A stretch of DNA of 50,844 nt from Armatimonadota bacterium (lineage in GTDB: Bacteria > Armatimonadota > UBA10988): contig JACRKZ010000121.1 of NCBI GenBank assembly GCA_016235455.1, positions 1 to 50,844 on the forward strand. Reading direction: 5' to 3'. The stretch's first letter is position 1; every line of letters begins with the position of its first letter. Below the pieces are notes generated by a model. It did no database searches. It had not been told where the DNA came from and saw nothing but the letters and a program-made list of their open reading frames with translations. Both the position numbers and the translations under genes were made by a program. Below are positions 12,262-20,865 of this stretch, in pieces.

Positions 12262-12975
12262 TCAAGCCACGGCGGTGGTCGGTTCGGCGGGCTTGGGCGC
12301 GCTGGACAGCCCGAAGGTGGCCGGCCGCAGACCCTCGATCTGCAAGGTCAGCATGGCCTCCAGCAGGCGGTCGGGCTCGACGAAGTCGAAGCGGTCGCTC
12401 TGGGTCAAGATGAGACTGACCAGGCCGTGGCACGCCGCCCAGAAGGCCTGCGCGGTCTCGTCGGGGTTGCAGCGGCGGAAGGCGTTGGCGCGCACACCGT
12501 CGCCGATGGCCTCGCGGAACTTGGCCACGGCCGCGCCGAACGCCGGGGTGTCGATGACCGGCACGTTGGCGCCGCGCAGCACGAACAGCACTTCGTACTG
12601 GCGTGGGTACTTGAAGGCAAACTCGACATAGGCGCGGCCCAACATGCGCAGCCGCGTCAGTGGTCCAGGCGTCAGCGCGGCCTGCTCCAGCGCGTCCAGC
12701 AGTTGCGTGGTGGTGCGGTCGAGCACGGCGGAGACGATGGCCTTCTTGTCACGGAAGTAGCCGTAGATCGTGCTCGGTGCATACTCGATGGCGTCCGCCA
12801 GGCGGCGCATGGACAAGCTCTCGTAGCCGTCCTCGACGAGAATCGTCTCGGCGGCATCAAGAATGCGCTGGCGCAACGACTCGATCTCGCGCAACCGCCT
12901 GGCCTGTGGCCCGCGGTCAGCTTCTTCGCGTCGTCGCAGCGACTCCACCTGCGAGATTACCCGATGGTAGAACAT
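12262..12975 (-). CDS. TetR/AcrR family transcriptional regulator
   Basis: RILDAAETILVEDGYESLSMRRLADAIEYAPSTIYGYFRDK HTH. C-terminal WAACHGLVSL (WHG-type). Confidence 0.9.
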   Translation of the reverse strand: MFYHRVISQVESLRRREEADRGPQARRLREIESLRQRILDAAETILVEDGYESLSMRRLADAIEYAPSTIYGYFRDKKAIVSAVLDRTTTQLLDALEQAALTPGPLTRLRMLGRAYVEFAFKYPRQYEVLFVLRGANVPVIDTPAFGAAVAKFREAIGDGVRANAFRRCNPDETAQAFWAACHGLVSLILTQSDRFDFVEPDRLLEAMLTLQIEGLRPATFGLSSAPKPAEPTTAVA

Positions 12976-13091
12976 GGTTCGGCCTTTCGTGACTCGGGAG
13001 GCTTTGACACGCGTGCCACGGCTTGGTTGCAGAGGCGGGGGATTGGGCGTGGGGCGCACGCCTCGCCCGACGCCTGCCGACCACCCGCTGG

Positions 13092-13119
13092 TTGACATGC
13101 CCCTTGGGCCGGGTATGCT
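13092..13119 (+). promoter_or_regulatory. sigma70 promoter
   Basis: TTGACA-16 nt-TATGCT upstream of ATG 13141. Confidence 0.6.
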
Positions 13120-13140
13120 CTGATCAAGTTGGAGATTCCG

Positions 13141-14976
13141 ATGCAGCGCGCTCGCCTTGGATTGCTGGCCGGCCTACTGATGGCTGCCCCGCTTCTGGCT
13201 GGACCCAAGCCCCTGTGGAACGTGGAGGTGGATGGGTATCCAGACAAACCGACCGTCGCCGACCTCGATGGCAGTGGCCGGTTGCAGGTGGTGCTGGCCA
13301 CCGACCGCGGCACGGTCTGCGCCCTGGCCGGCGTCAACGGCACCGAACTGTGGCGACAGAACTTCGCCGATGAGTCTTTCACCTCGTCGCCGATCGTGGC
13401 TGACGTGGACCACGACGGCGGCGCGGAAGTGCTGATCGTCGGCTCGCGCAACGGCACGCTGGCCTGCTTGTCCGGCGTCGACGGCACGCCGCGCTGGTCC
13501 AAGCCCGGTCGCGGCGACTCCATCGGCGGCTCGGCGGTGCTGCGTGACCGCGGCGCCGACACCTCGCCCGTGCTCCTGTTCGCCCAAGGCACGCGGCTCA
13601 TCGGGCTGGACGCCGCCACCGGCGATCCCGTCTCGGAGACCGCGCTGCCGCAGGACAGTCTCGGCACACCGGCGCTCGGGCTCGTGGCCAGCCGCACGCT
13701 GCTGTTCATCGGCACGCGCCGCGGCCGCCTGTTGTGCTACGACACCGCCGGCACCCCGCAATGGGAAGTCCAGTTGAGCGGCGGGCTCAATGCCGCGCCG
13801 GTGGTGGTCGATGCCGATGGCGACGGCCAGGATGAGCTGTATGTGCTTGGCACCTTCCTCTACTCCCTGACCCTTGACGGTCGCACGCGCTGGCAGTGGT
13901 CAGCGCCGGGTAACGCCGGGCTGGCCTCGAGCCTGGCCTGCGCCGACGTCAATGGCGACGGCAGGCGCGAGCTCGTGCTGACCGCCTACGACGGCGGCCT
14001 TTATGCCGTGGGCGCCGACGGCAAGACCAAGTGGCGCGCCACCGTCTTGACCACCGATCCCCGCGCGGTCAGCAATTACATCGCCGCCAGCACGCCCGCC
14101 CTGGTCGACACCCAAGGCCGCATCGTGGGCGCCGACGCCATCATGGCCTCGCCCGTACCCAGCGCGGCCGGCCTGCTGTGCTTCGACGGCAAGACCGGCC
14201 AGCGCCTGTGGCGCATGCCCATGAGCAACTACAGCCAGTGCTGCCCGGTGGTGGCCGACCTGACCGGCGACGGCAAGCCGGAGATCATCGTCGCCGACTG
14301 CAAGGGCAAGGTGCACACCTTCAGCCTGGCCAATCAGCCCACGGCTGGCTGGCTGCGCTTTGGCGGCACACTCGCCGGCAACCTCTACGAAACCGAGCGC
14401 TGGAACTGCACCAAGGCGCTGCTCGCCGGCCACATGCCGTTTGCGGTCAAGCCGCGCGAGGTGCCCTGGAAGGACAAGATCGCCAGCCAACTGCCTGGTG
14501 CGACCGTGCCCCCCACCACGCCCACCACGCCGACTGGGCCGGTGACGCCGACCACCCCGACCACGCCCACCACCCCGGCAGGACCCGGATTCGCCGATGT
14601 CCGGCCCGGTAGCGAGATTGCGGTCAAGCTCGACGGCAAGTGGTTGGCGCTCGACCCGGCGCCAGTCATGGTCGGCGGGCGGGTGATGGTGCCCTTGCGC
14701 GGCATCTTCGAGGCGCTCCGGGCCGAGATCAAGTGGGAAGCGGCCACCAAGGTCATCACCGCCACGCGCGGCACGACCGTGGTCATGCTTGGCGTCGGCA
14801 GCCGCAACGTCAGCATCAATGGCCAGGTCTCGGCCTTGGACGTGCCGGCACAGCTCATCGGCGGCAGCACCTATGTGCCGTTGCGCTTCGTGGGCCAGGC
14901 GCTGGGCTGCGCCGTGGTGTGGTACCCGGACCGCAACGACGTCGGCCTGACCAGTCCCGCGGTGCCCAGTGGATAG
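13141..14976 (+). CDS. secreted FG-GAP/PQQ-like beta-propeller protein with Pro/Thr linker and C-terminal copper amine oxidase N-terminal (stalk) domain
   Basis: Signal peptide; repeated ADLDGSG / ADVDHDG / DADGDGQDE / ADVNGDG / ADLTGDGKPE motifs; PTTPTT linker; RVMVPLRGIFEAL and TYVPLRFVGQALG stalk motifs. Confidence 0.8.
   Translation: MQRARLGLLAGLLMAAPLLAGPKPLWNVEVDGYPDKPTVADLDGSGRLQVVLATDRGTVCALAGVNGTELWRQNFADESFTSSPIVADVDHDGGAEVLIVGSRNGTLACLSGVDGTPRWSKPGRGDSIGGSAVLRDRGADTSPVLLFAQGTRLIGLDAATGDPVSETALPQDSLGTPALGLVASRTLLFIGTRRGRLLCYDTAGTPQWEVQLSGGLNAAPVVVDADGDGQDELYVLGTFLYSLTLDGRTRWQWSAPGNAGLASSLACADVNGDGRRELVLTAYDGGLYAVGADGKTKWRATVLTTDPRAVSNYIAASTPALVDTQGRIVGADAIMASPVPSAAGLLCFDGKTGQRLWRMPMSNYSQCCPVVADLTGDGKPEIIVADCKGKVHTFSLANQPTAGWLRFGGTLAGNLYETERWNCTKALLAGHMPFAVKPREVPWKDKIASQLPGATVPPTTPTTPTGPVTPTTPTTPTTPAGPGFADVRPGSEIAVKLDGKWLALDPAPVMVGGRVMVPLRGIFEALRAEIKWEAATKVITATRGTTVVMLGVGSRNVSINGQVSALDVPAQLIGGSTYVPLRFVGQALGCAVVWYPDRNDVGLTSPAVPSG
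14509..14580 (+). repeat. Pro-Thr-Thr coding tandem repeat (linker)
   Basis: PPTTPTTPTGPVTPTTPTTPTTPA. Confidence 0.8.
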
Positions 14977-16648
14977 TCTCTGCCTCACGGCGCTGGCTGA
15001 CGATCTGTCACGACGGCTCGTCGGCCGGCGTCTCGGAGGCGTTGTCGTGCCGCGGCGAGAGCAGGTGTGCCTCGGCGTGCCAGATGGCGCGCTGCTCATC
15101 TCCATCGCCGCGGCCGATGCGCGGGTCCACCTGATCGACCGGATGCCGCCCGACCCGCATCCCGAACCGAGCATCCAGACCCACCTGGACAGCATCCTGC
15201 GCGCCGCCGAGGTCCGTTCGGTCACCGCCGTCAGCTTCGACCGCGTGCTGCGCATCGAGGTCAGCGGCATGGACCGCGTGGGCAATCCCCACGACTACAG
15301 TCTAGTCATCGAGTTGATGGGCAAGCACTCGGCCTTCGTCGTGCTCGACGGCGGCGGGCTGATCGTGGCCACGCTCAAGACGGTGACCCGCTCGGTGAAC
15401 CGCCACCGTGAGTTGCTGGCCCGTCTGCCCTATGTGCCGCCACCGGGCGGGGACCGACGCGACCCGCTGACGCTCACCCCGGCCGAGTGGGACACGCTGT
15501 GGCCGGAGTTGGCCACCTACCCCAGCCTGCGCGAGGGCTGGCGAGCCAAGCTGTTCGGCCTCTCCAACGAGCTGTGGGCCTGGCTGCAGGCTCACGGCGC
15601 CGAAGATGGTCGAGAGGGCGCCTGGCAGGCCTTGGCCGCTTTACAGGCCGTCGTACGCGACAGCCGTTGGCAGCCGTGTCTGTTGCGCAACGCGGACGGC
15701 ATCCCCGCGGACGCCTGGCCGCTGCCGCTGCCCAACAGTGAACCGGTGGCCAACCTGCACGCCGCGCTGGCGCTGGTGGCCAGCCAGGCCGGCGAGCGTG
15801 GCCGCCTGCGCGTGCGACGCGGCGAACTACTAGGCATGGCCGAACGGCGGCTGCACCGCATCGACAGCCAGATCAAAGGGCTCGACCGGGCCGCCGACCG
15901 GGCCGCGCAGGCCGACACCTGGCAACACTGGGCTGACCTGCTGCTGGCCAACCTGCACCTGATCAAGCCGCGCGCGGAGCAGGTCACCGTCGTTGACTGG
16001 GACGCCGAGGGCGCTGACCTGAACATCGAGCTCGACCCCCAGTCCAACGGCCCCAAGAATGCCGAAGCCCTCTACGAGCGCGCCCGCCGCGCGCGCCGGG
16101 CCGTGGAGGAGACGCCCGGCCGCCGGCCCGAACTGGCCGCCGAGGCGGACCGGCTGCACGCGGTCATCGCCGCGCTCAAGGCCGCCGAGACGACCGACGA
16201 GTTGGATGACCTGGCCGACGAGCACGAAGCGCTGCTGGCCGACGGCGCTGCGCCGGAGCGGCTGGCCAAACCCAAGACCGAACGCGAACGCTGGCTGCGA
16301 CGGCTCGAGAAGCGCACCTCGTCCGACGGCTACACGATCCTCATCGGCCGCAACAGCCAGGAGAGCGAGGGCCTGCTAAGCCGCTGCGCCTCGCCCAGCG
16401 ACCTGTGGTTCCATGTGCGCGGCGCTGGCAGTGGCCACGTCATCGTGCGCACCAACGGCCAGCCCGACCTGGTGCCGCCGAAGACCATCGAGGACGCCGC
16501 CCGCTGGGCCGCGCGCTGCAGCAAGATGAAGCACTCGAGCCTGGTGCCCGTGGTCTACACGCAGCGCAAGTACGTGACCAAGGTCACCGGCGGCGCCGCG
16601 GGCAAGGTGGTCTACCGGCACGAGAAGTCGATCTTCATCGAGCCCTAG
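14969..16648 (+). CDS. rqcH: ribosome quality control factor RqcH/Rqc2 (FbpA/NFACT family)
   Basis: NFACT-N SFDRVL and IELMGKHS, coiled coil with ADLLLANLH, NAEALYERARR, NFACT-R IGRNSQESE and WFHVRGAGSGHV, VYTQRKYV. Confidence 0.88.
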   Translation: MDSLCLTALADDLSRRLVGRRLGGVVVPRREQVCLGVPDGALLISIAAADARVHLIDRMPPDPHPEPSIQTHLDSILRAAEVRSVTAVSFDRVLRIEVSGMDRVGNPHDYSLVIELMGKHSAFVVLDGGGLIVATLKTVTRSVNRHRELLARLPYVPPPGGDRRDPLTLTPAEWDTLWPELATYPSLREGWRAKLFGLSNELWAWLQAHGAEDGREGAWQALAALQAVVRDSRWQPCLLRNADGIPADAWPLPLPNSEPVANLHAALALVASQAGERGRLRVRRGELLGMAERRLHRIDSQIKGLDRAADRAAQADTWQHWADLLLANLHLIKPRAEQVTVVDWDAEGADLNIELDPQSNGPKNAEALYERARRARRAVEETPGRRPELAAEADRLHAVIAALKAAETTDELDDLADEHEALLADGAAPERLAKPKTERERWLRRLEKRTSSDGYTILIGRNSQESEGLLSRCASPSDLWFHVRGAGSGHVIVRTNGQPDLVPPKTIEDAARWAARCSKMKHSSLVPVVYTQRKYVTKVTGGAAGKVVYRHEKSIFIEP

Positions 16649-16659
16649 AGCGACCCTCG

Positions 16660-16782
16660 CCAGTGCCGGACCGCCACGCTCCAGCGTGGCATCGGGTCGA
16701 AGACCCGACATTCCCAACCAGATCGCCTCTGCGGTCGGCCTGCCGGCCGATGCCAAGCTGGAGCTTGGCGGTCCGGCACTGG
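16660..16782. repeat. REPIN-like doublet of palindromic units between convergent genes
   Basis: 36-bp inverted arms 16660-16695 and 16747-16782 (34/36 match). Each arm has an internal palindrome: GCCACGCT-CC-AGCGTGGC and GCCAAGCT-GG-AGCTTGGC. Confidence 0.8.
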
Positions 16783-16794
16783 TTCGAACTGGCC

Positions 16795-18423
16795 CTACCC
16801 CGGCGCGTCGGTGCGCGAAAGGTCGCCGCCCTCGGTCGGCGCGGGGCCAACGGGCGACCCGCCGCCGACCGGCACTTTCTTCGCGCCGGTGTTGCCCGAT
16901 TCGAGCAGCAGCGAGCGCTCCTTGCTGCGCGTCTCGCCCACGGCGGTGATGCGGATGGCGCGCATGTCGGCCACGGGGCACTCATGCTCGCAGGTGCCAC
17001 AGCCGATGCACAGGCTCGGGTCGACGTACGGGCGGTGCAACGTGACGGGCTGGCCCCAGCGGTCCTGGATGACCACGTCGCGCGTGTAGATGGCCTTGGG
17101 TGAGACCGGGCAGACTTCCTGGCAGACCACGCACGGCCGGTCCATGGCCCACGGGAAGCAGCGTCCGCGGTCGTAGAAGGCCGTGCCCGACTTGACCGGG
17201 CCCTGGGCCGCGAACTTGCCTTCGCCGTGCTTCTGTTCGAGGGTCATTTTCTGGATGGCGCCGGTCGGGCAGACGGTGCCGCAGAGCGTGCAGTTCAGCT
17301 CGCAGGCGCCCATGCGCATGTTCATCACGGGGGTGAAGAAGCCCTCGATACCGGCCTCGAAGGCGGCCGGCTGCAACACGTTGCTCGGGCAGACGCGGAT
17401 GCACTGGTCGCACTTGATGCAGCGCGCGAGGAAGTCGTGCTCAGGCACCGAGCCTGGCGGGCGGATGACCGTCGGCTTGAAGTTGCTGGTGGTCTCGCCC
17501 GTGGAACGGCTGATGCCGTAGAACAGCGCGCCAAGAATGCCGGCGAAGATGGTCGCGCGGCGGCCAACGTCGGGCGCGGTCACCTCGTGCTCGACCTTGG
17601 GCAGCCACTGGAACGACAACGCATCGTAGGGGCAATCCTCGATGCAGTTGAAGCAGACGAAGCACTCGCTCTTGCGCAGCACGCCTTGCGGGTCGCTGGC
17701 GCCTTCGCAGCTCTTGAGGCACAGGTCGCAGTCCACGCACTTAGCCGGGTCGCGCTCGATGCGGGCCAGCGAGAACCGGCTCAGGAAGCCGAGGAACCCG
17801 CCCAGCGGGCAGAGCGTGCGGCAGAAGAAGCGCGGCACCACCGCGTTCATGGCCAGGATGAACACGAAGAAGCCCAGGATCAGCCAGGCAAACTGATGGT
17901 CGTGCGGCCGCACATAGATCGGCAGGCCGAGCTTGCCCAGCAGCGGCAACACGCCGATGGTGATGCTGCGGTACAGCGTCGGCTGCGGGTCGAGCAGGCC
18001 GTTCTGCGCGGTGCCGAACAGCGCCGCGGCCAAAATGAAGGCCAGAATGAAGAACTTGGTGCCGAAGTAGCGCCGGTAGCGGCTGCCCTCGATGCGCTGC
18101 TTGTCGGGCAGCCCGCGCCGGCTCAACCAGCCCGACAACTGCAACAGTGTGCCCATGGGGCAGATCCAGTTGCAGAAGGCGCGACCGACCAGCAGCGTCA
18201 GGAAGACGATACCCAGGCTCCACAGCACGGCGCGATAGACCGTATGCGTGGTCAGCAACGTGGTGGCGCCGACCAGCGGGTCCATCTCCAGGAACAGGCT
18301 GGTGGGCCAACCCTTGATGCGGCCGAACGAGGTCAGCCAGACGGCCGCCAGGAAGAGCAGGAGGAAGAACGCCTGCACGCCCACCCGCAACCGCGTGATT
18401 CGAATGAACTTCAAAGGACTCAT
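16795..18423 (-). CDS. membrane polyferredoxin (NapH/MauN-like TM + 4Fe-4S, fused to NapG/MauM-like domain)
   Basis: GRAFCNWICPMG, RFFCRTLCPLG, several CxxCxxCxxxCP motifs, RPPG..E..FL.RCIKCDQC, CVVCQEVCP, CIGCGTCEHECP. Confidence 0.88.
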   Translation of the reverse strand: MSPLKFIRITRLRVGVQAFFLLLFLAAVWLTSFGRIKGWPTSLFLEMDPLVGATTLLTTHTVYRAVLWSLGIVFLTLLVGRAFCNWICPMGTLLQLSGWLSRRGLPDKQRIEGSRYRRYFGTKFFILAFILAAALFGTAQNGLLDPQPTLYRSITIGVLPLLGKLGLPIYVRPHDHQFAWLILGFFVFILAMNAVVPRFFCRTLCPLGGFLGFLSRFSLARIERDPAKCVDCDLCLKSCEGASDPQGVLRKSECFVCFNCIEDCPYDALSFQWLPKVEHEVTAPDVGRRATIFAGILGALFYGISRSTGETTSNFKPTVIRPPGSVPEHDFLARCIKCDQCIRVCPSNVLQPAAFEAGIEGFFTPVMNMRMGACELNCTLCGTVCPTGAIQKMTLEQKHGEGKFAAQGPVKSGTAFYDRGRCFPWAMDRPCVVCQEVCPVSPKAIYTRDVVIQDRWGQPVTLHRPYVDPSLCIGCGTCEHECPVADMRAIRITAVGETRSKERSLLLESGNTGAKKVPVGGGSPVGPAPTEGGDLSRTDAPG

Positions 18424-18430
18424 CCCAGGA

Positions 18431-19477
18431 TCAGACAGTGGACTCATCGATCGGCACGTGCCTGATGTCGGCCTCGCCGAGCTTACGCGACTTGGCCCGG
18501 CCCAAGTACTCCGGCGGGCGCGCGGGTCGTTGCAGCAGACCCCAGCCAAACGCATCCACAGCCACCATGTCGGTACTGACTACAACTGTGTTGCCCGGCA
18601 TCACGTCGGCCAGGCTGCCGCCGGTGGGGCCGTTCTTCATCAGGATGCGGGTCGCATCAAGCACCACCAGCGTGGGCTTGATGAGGTGCGGGAAGTCGGC
18701 GATGACATCGTGGATGCACTGGTGGAACTGGTTGCGGCGACCGCCGAGCAGCCCGTAGAAGTTCTTCATAGTCATCGACGCGCCGCTCAGGTTGTGGTCC
18801 TTGCAGGGCGCCACGCCGATGACCTTGTTGGCCAGCCGCAGCGGCTCGTAGAAGACTTCCCAACGGTCGAGCGCGGCGCCCGGCTCACCCACGAGCTTGT
18901 TGCCCTGCTTGGTGCGCCCCACCGCCAGGTCGACGAAGCGGTCCGGCGTGGGCAGGATGATCTCGCACCCCGTGGCCTTGGCCACGGCGGTGATGCCGCT
19001 CTTCTCAAAGCAACCTTCGGGCTGGTTGATCGGGTTGTCGGCGATCAAGATGCGCTTGGCGCCGCAACGCTTGACCTCGTTGGCCACCGCGGCCAGCACC
19101 TCGGGCGAGGTGGTGGCGCCGAGCTCGGGCGGCCGGTCGAAGGCCACGTTGGGCTTGAGCAGCACCACATCGCCGGGCGAGATGAACTTGTCCAGCCCGC
19201 CCATGGCGGCGAAGGCGGCCTTGACCATCATCGCCGCATCACGACCGTGTACCACCGCGAGCTTGGTGGGCATCTGCGGATTCTTCAGGTCGTACCGCGG
19301 TAGGGTCACGGCATGAGCGTTGGCCAGATCCTGGAAGTAGTCAGCGCCGGTGCGCCGGTCGTGCAGCGCAGCGCCCACCGCGCCGGCGCCGATGGCCGTG
19401 GCCAGCGCGCCGGTGTAGCGCAGCATATCGCGCCGATCCATGGGCTGTCGCGGCCGCCAGACGATCTCCTGGCTCAC
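18431..19477 (-). CDS. Tat-exported DUF362 domain protein
   Basis: Tat motif DRRDML; VLLKPNV..D...GATTSPEV, KDHNLSGASMTMKN..G, LDATRIL..NGPTGG, DMVAVDA. GTG start overlaps the upstream stop. Confidence 0.85.
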   Translation of the reverse strand: MSQEIVWRPRQPMDRRDMLRYTGALATAIGAGAVGAALHDRRTGADYFQDLANAHAVTLPRYDLKNPQMPTKLAVVHGRDAAMMVKAAFAAMGGLDKFISPGDVVLLKPNVAFDRPPELGATTSPEVLAAVANEVKRCGAKRILIADNPINQPEGCFEKSGITAVAKATGCEIILPTPDRFVDLAVGRTKQGNKLVGEPGAALDRWEVFYEPLRLANKVIGVAPCKDHNLSGASMTMKNFYGLLGGRRNQFHQCIHDVIADFPHLIKPTLVVLDATRILMKNGPTGGSLADVMPGNTVVVSTDMVAVDAFGWGLLQRPARPPEYLGRAKSRKLGEADIRHVPIDESTV

Positions 19478-20706
19478 TGCAGGCTCCCAGCCGCCTTGAT
19501 CAGTTTGGCGCAGACGGCTTCGGCCGGAGCCTGGCCAGCGGCGACATACATGGCACCGCCAATGTACTTGCCGGCCTTGAAGACGATGTCCGTCGGCCCC
19601 TTGCCGGGCCCGCTCAGCCACGCGGTGGTGCCGGCGATCTTGACCTCGGTCACCTCGCCGTTGCTCTTCATGAAGGCCTTGTACTTCTCGAGCGCGTCGG
19701 TCAGCTGCGCGGCATCGTCGCGCCGCACCAGGAACACGTCGACCTTCTCGCCGCCCTCCTTGTAGGAGGCAGCGTAGCCGTCGTCGAGGCCCTCCACGCT
19801 ACCGACCTTCTTGCGGATCCACTTGGTGGAGCCGGCCGCCAGCCCGTCCTTGGGGAACCAGGCGGCACCTGGCGCGTCGAACGTGGTCTTGGGCATCTTG
19901 CCCGCCAACTCGGTGGCCGCGGCCATGGCGGCGTCGGCCGCGTCTTCTTTGTTGACCGTGATCATCACGTACCAGCGGTCGGCGCGGAAGAAGACGCTGC
20001 CCTTGACCTTGTAGCCATCCTGGCCCAGCGCCACCGGGTCGGTGCCGCTGCGCTCGGAGTTCAACATGCCGTAGGCCTGCAGCGGCGTACCCATGTCGTA
20101 GATGTAGATCTGCACATCGGAGCCGCCCTTGGTCAGGTTCTGGTACTCCATGCCGACGAAGCCGTAGTCGACATAGCTGTCGGCCTTGCCGTCGATCTTG
20201 ACGTACAGCTGCTCCTTGTCGAACTTCTCGACCTTGCCCGCCGTGTAACCGGCCGGAGCGGTCACCGGCAGATAGTCCTTAGGGCCGTTGGCCGAGGCGC
20301 CGCCGCCGGCGGCAGCCGCACCACCTGCCGCGGCCGCACCCGCGACCGCGCTGGGGCCCACGGGCGCCAGGCCGCCGGGCGCCGACGAGGCCGGTCCGCC
20401 CACGGGTGTGCCGGGCGCGGCACCGGGAACGCCGGTCGTGCCGGGCGCGCCCTTGGCGCCGGTAAGCGCCGATGCGGCGGTCAGCGTGCCGCCCGCCATG
20501 GAGGCGCCACCACCGCCGGCACCCATGACCACAGGATCGGCGGCGCCCCACAGCGTGCCGCGCGGGGCCAGCCCGCGAATCAGCAACGCCGTACAGAACA
20601 GCGCCATGAACGAAAGGATACCGATGCCGGCCAGGTAGTCGCCGCGGCCGACGGGTCGCACGTAGTGCTGCCCGCGGCCTGGCTTATTCATCGTCGCAGA
20701 AGCCAT
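19474..20706 (-). CDS. membrane-anchored DUF6599-like periplasmic protein with Gly/Ala/Pro linker
   Basis: N-terminal TM helix, low-complexity linker, LYVKIDGKADSYVDYGF and IYDMGTPLQAYG motifs. Confidence 0.7.
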   Translation of the reverse strand: MASATMNKPGRGQHYVRPVGRGDYLAGIGILSFMALFCTALLIRGLAPRGTLWGAADPVVMGAGGGGASMAGGTLTAASALTGAKGAPGTTGVPGAAPGTPVGGPASSAPGGLAPVGPSAVAGAAAAGGAAAAGGGASANGPKDYLPVTAPAGYTAGKVEKFDKEQLYVKIDGKADSYVDYGFVGMEYQNLTKGGSDVQIYIYDMGTPLQAYGMLNSERSGTDPVALGQDGYKVKGSVFFRADRWYVMITVNKEDAADAAMAAATELAGKMPKTTFDAPGAAWFPKDGLAAGSTKWIRKKVGSVEGLDDGYAASYKEGGEKVDVFLVRRDDAAQLTDALEKYKAFMKSNGEVTEVKIAGTTAWLSGPGKGPTDIVFKAGKYIGGAMYVAAGQAPAEAVCAKLIKAAGSLQ

Positions 20707-20746
20707 TGCCAGTCCACCATCGCCAGCCAAGTGGCGTCGTGCTGGG

Positions 20747-20776
20747 AGTCTAGGCGTCCCCCGGCCGGGTTGTCAA
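20747..20776 (-). promoter_or_regulatory. sigma70 promoter of the DUF6599-DUF362 operon
   Basis: TTGACA-18 nt-TAGACT on the minus strand. Confidence 0.55.
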
Positions 20777-20865
20777 CCCTTGAACCCGGGAGCCAGAGCC
20801 GTATGTGACACGCCTGTTGCCGAACCAAGGAGGAGACGCCGTGAGGCGGGCGAATCCGCGCCGCA

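Noticed and set aside
14969-16648. Fibronectin-binding adhesin
   Set aside because: Legacy name. There is no signal peptide, and the family is the ribosome quality control factor RqcH.
16660-16782. Possible CRISPR repeat or tRNA (GGTTCGAA at 16781)
   Set aside because: Only two inverted units, no direct repeat-spacer array, no cas genes and no cloverleaf.
20280-20530. Gly/Ala/Pro-rich stretch as a collagen-like or repeat element
   Set aside because: It is an aperiodic low-complexity linker within the DUF6599-like CDS.
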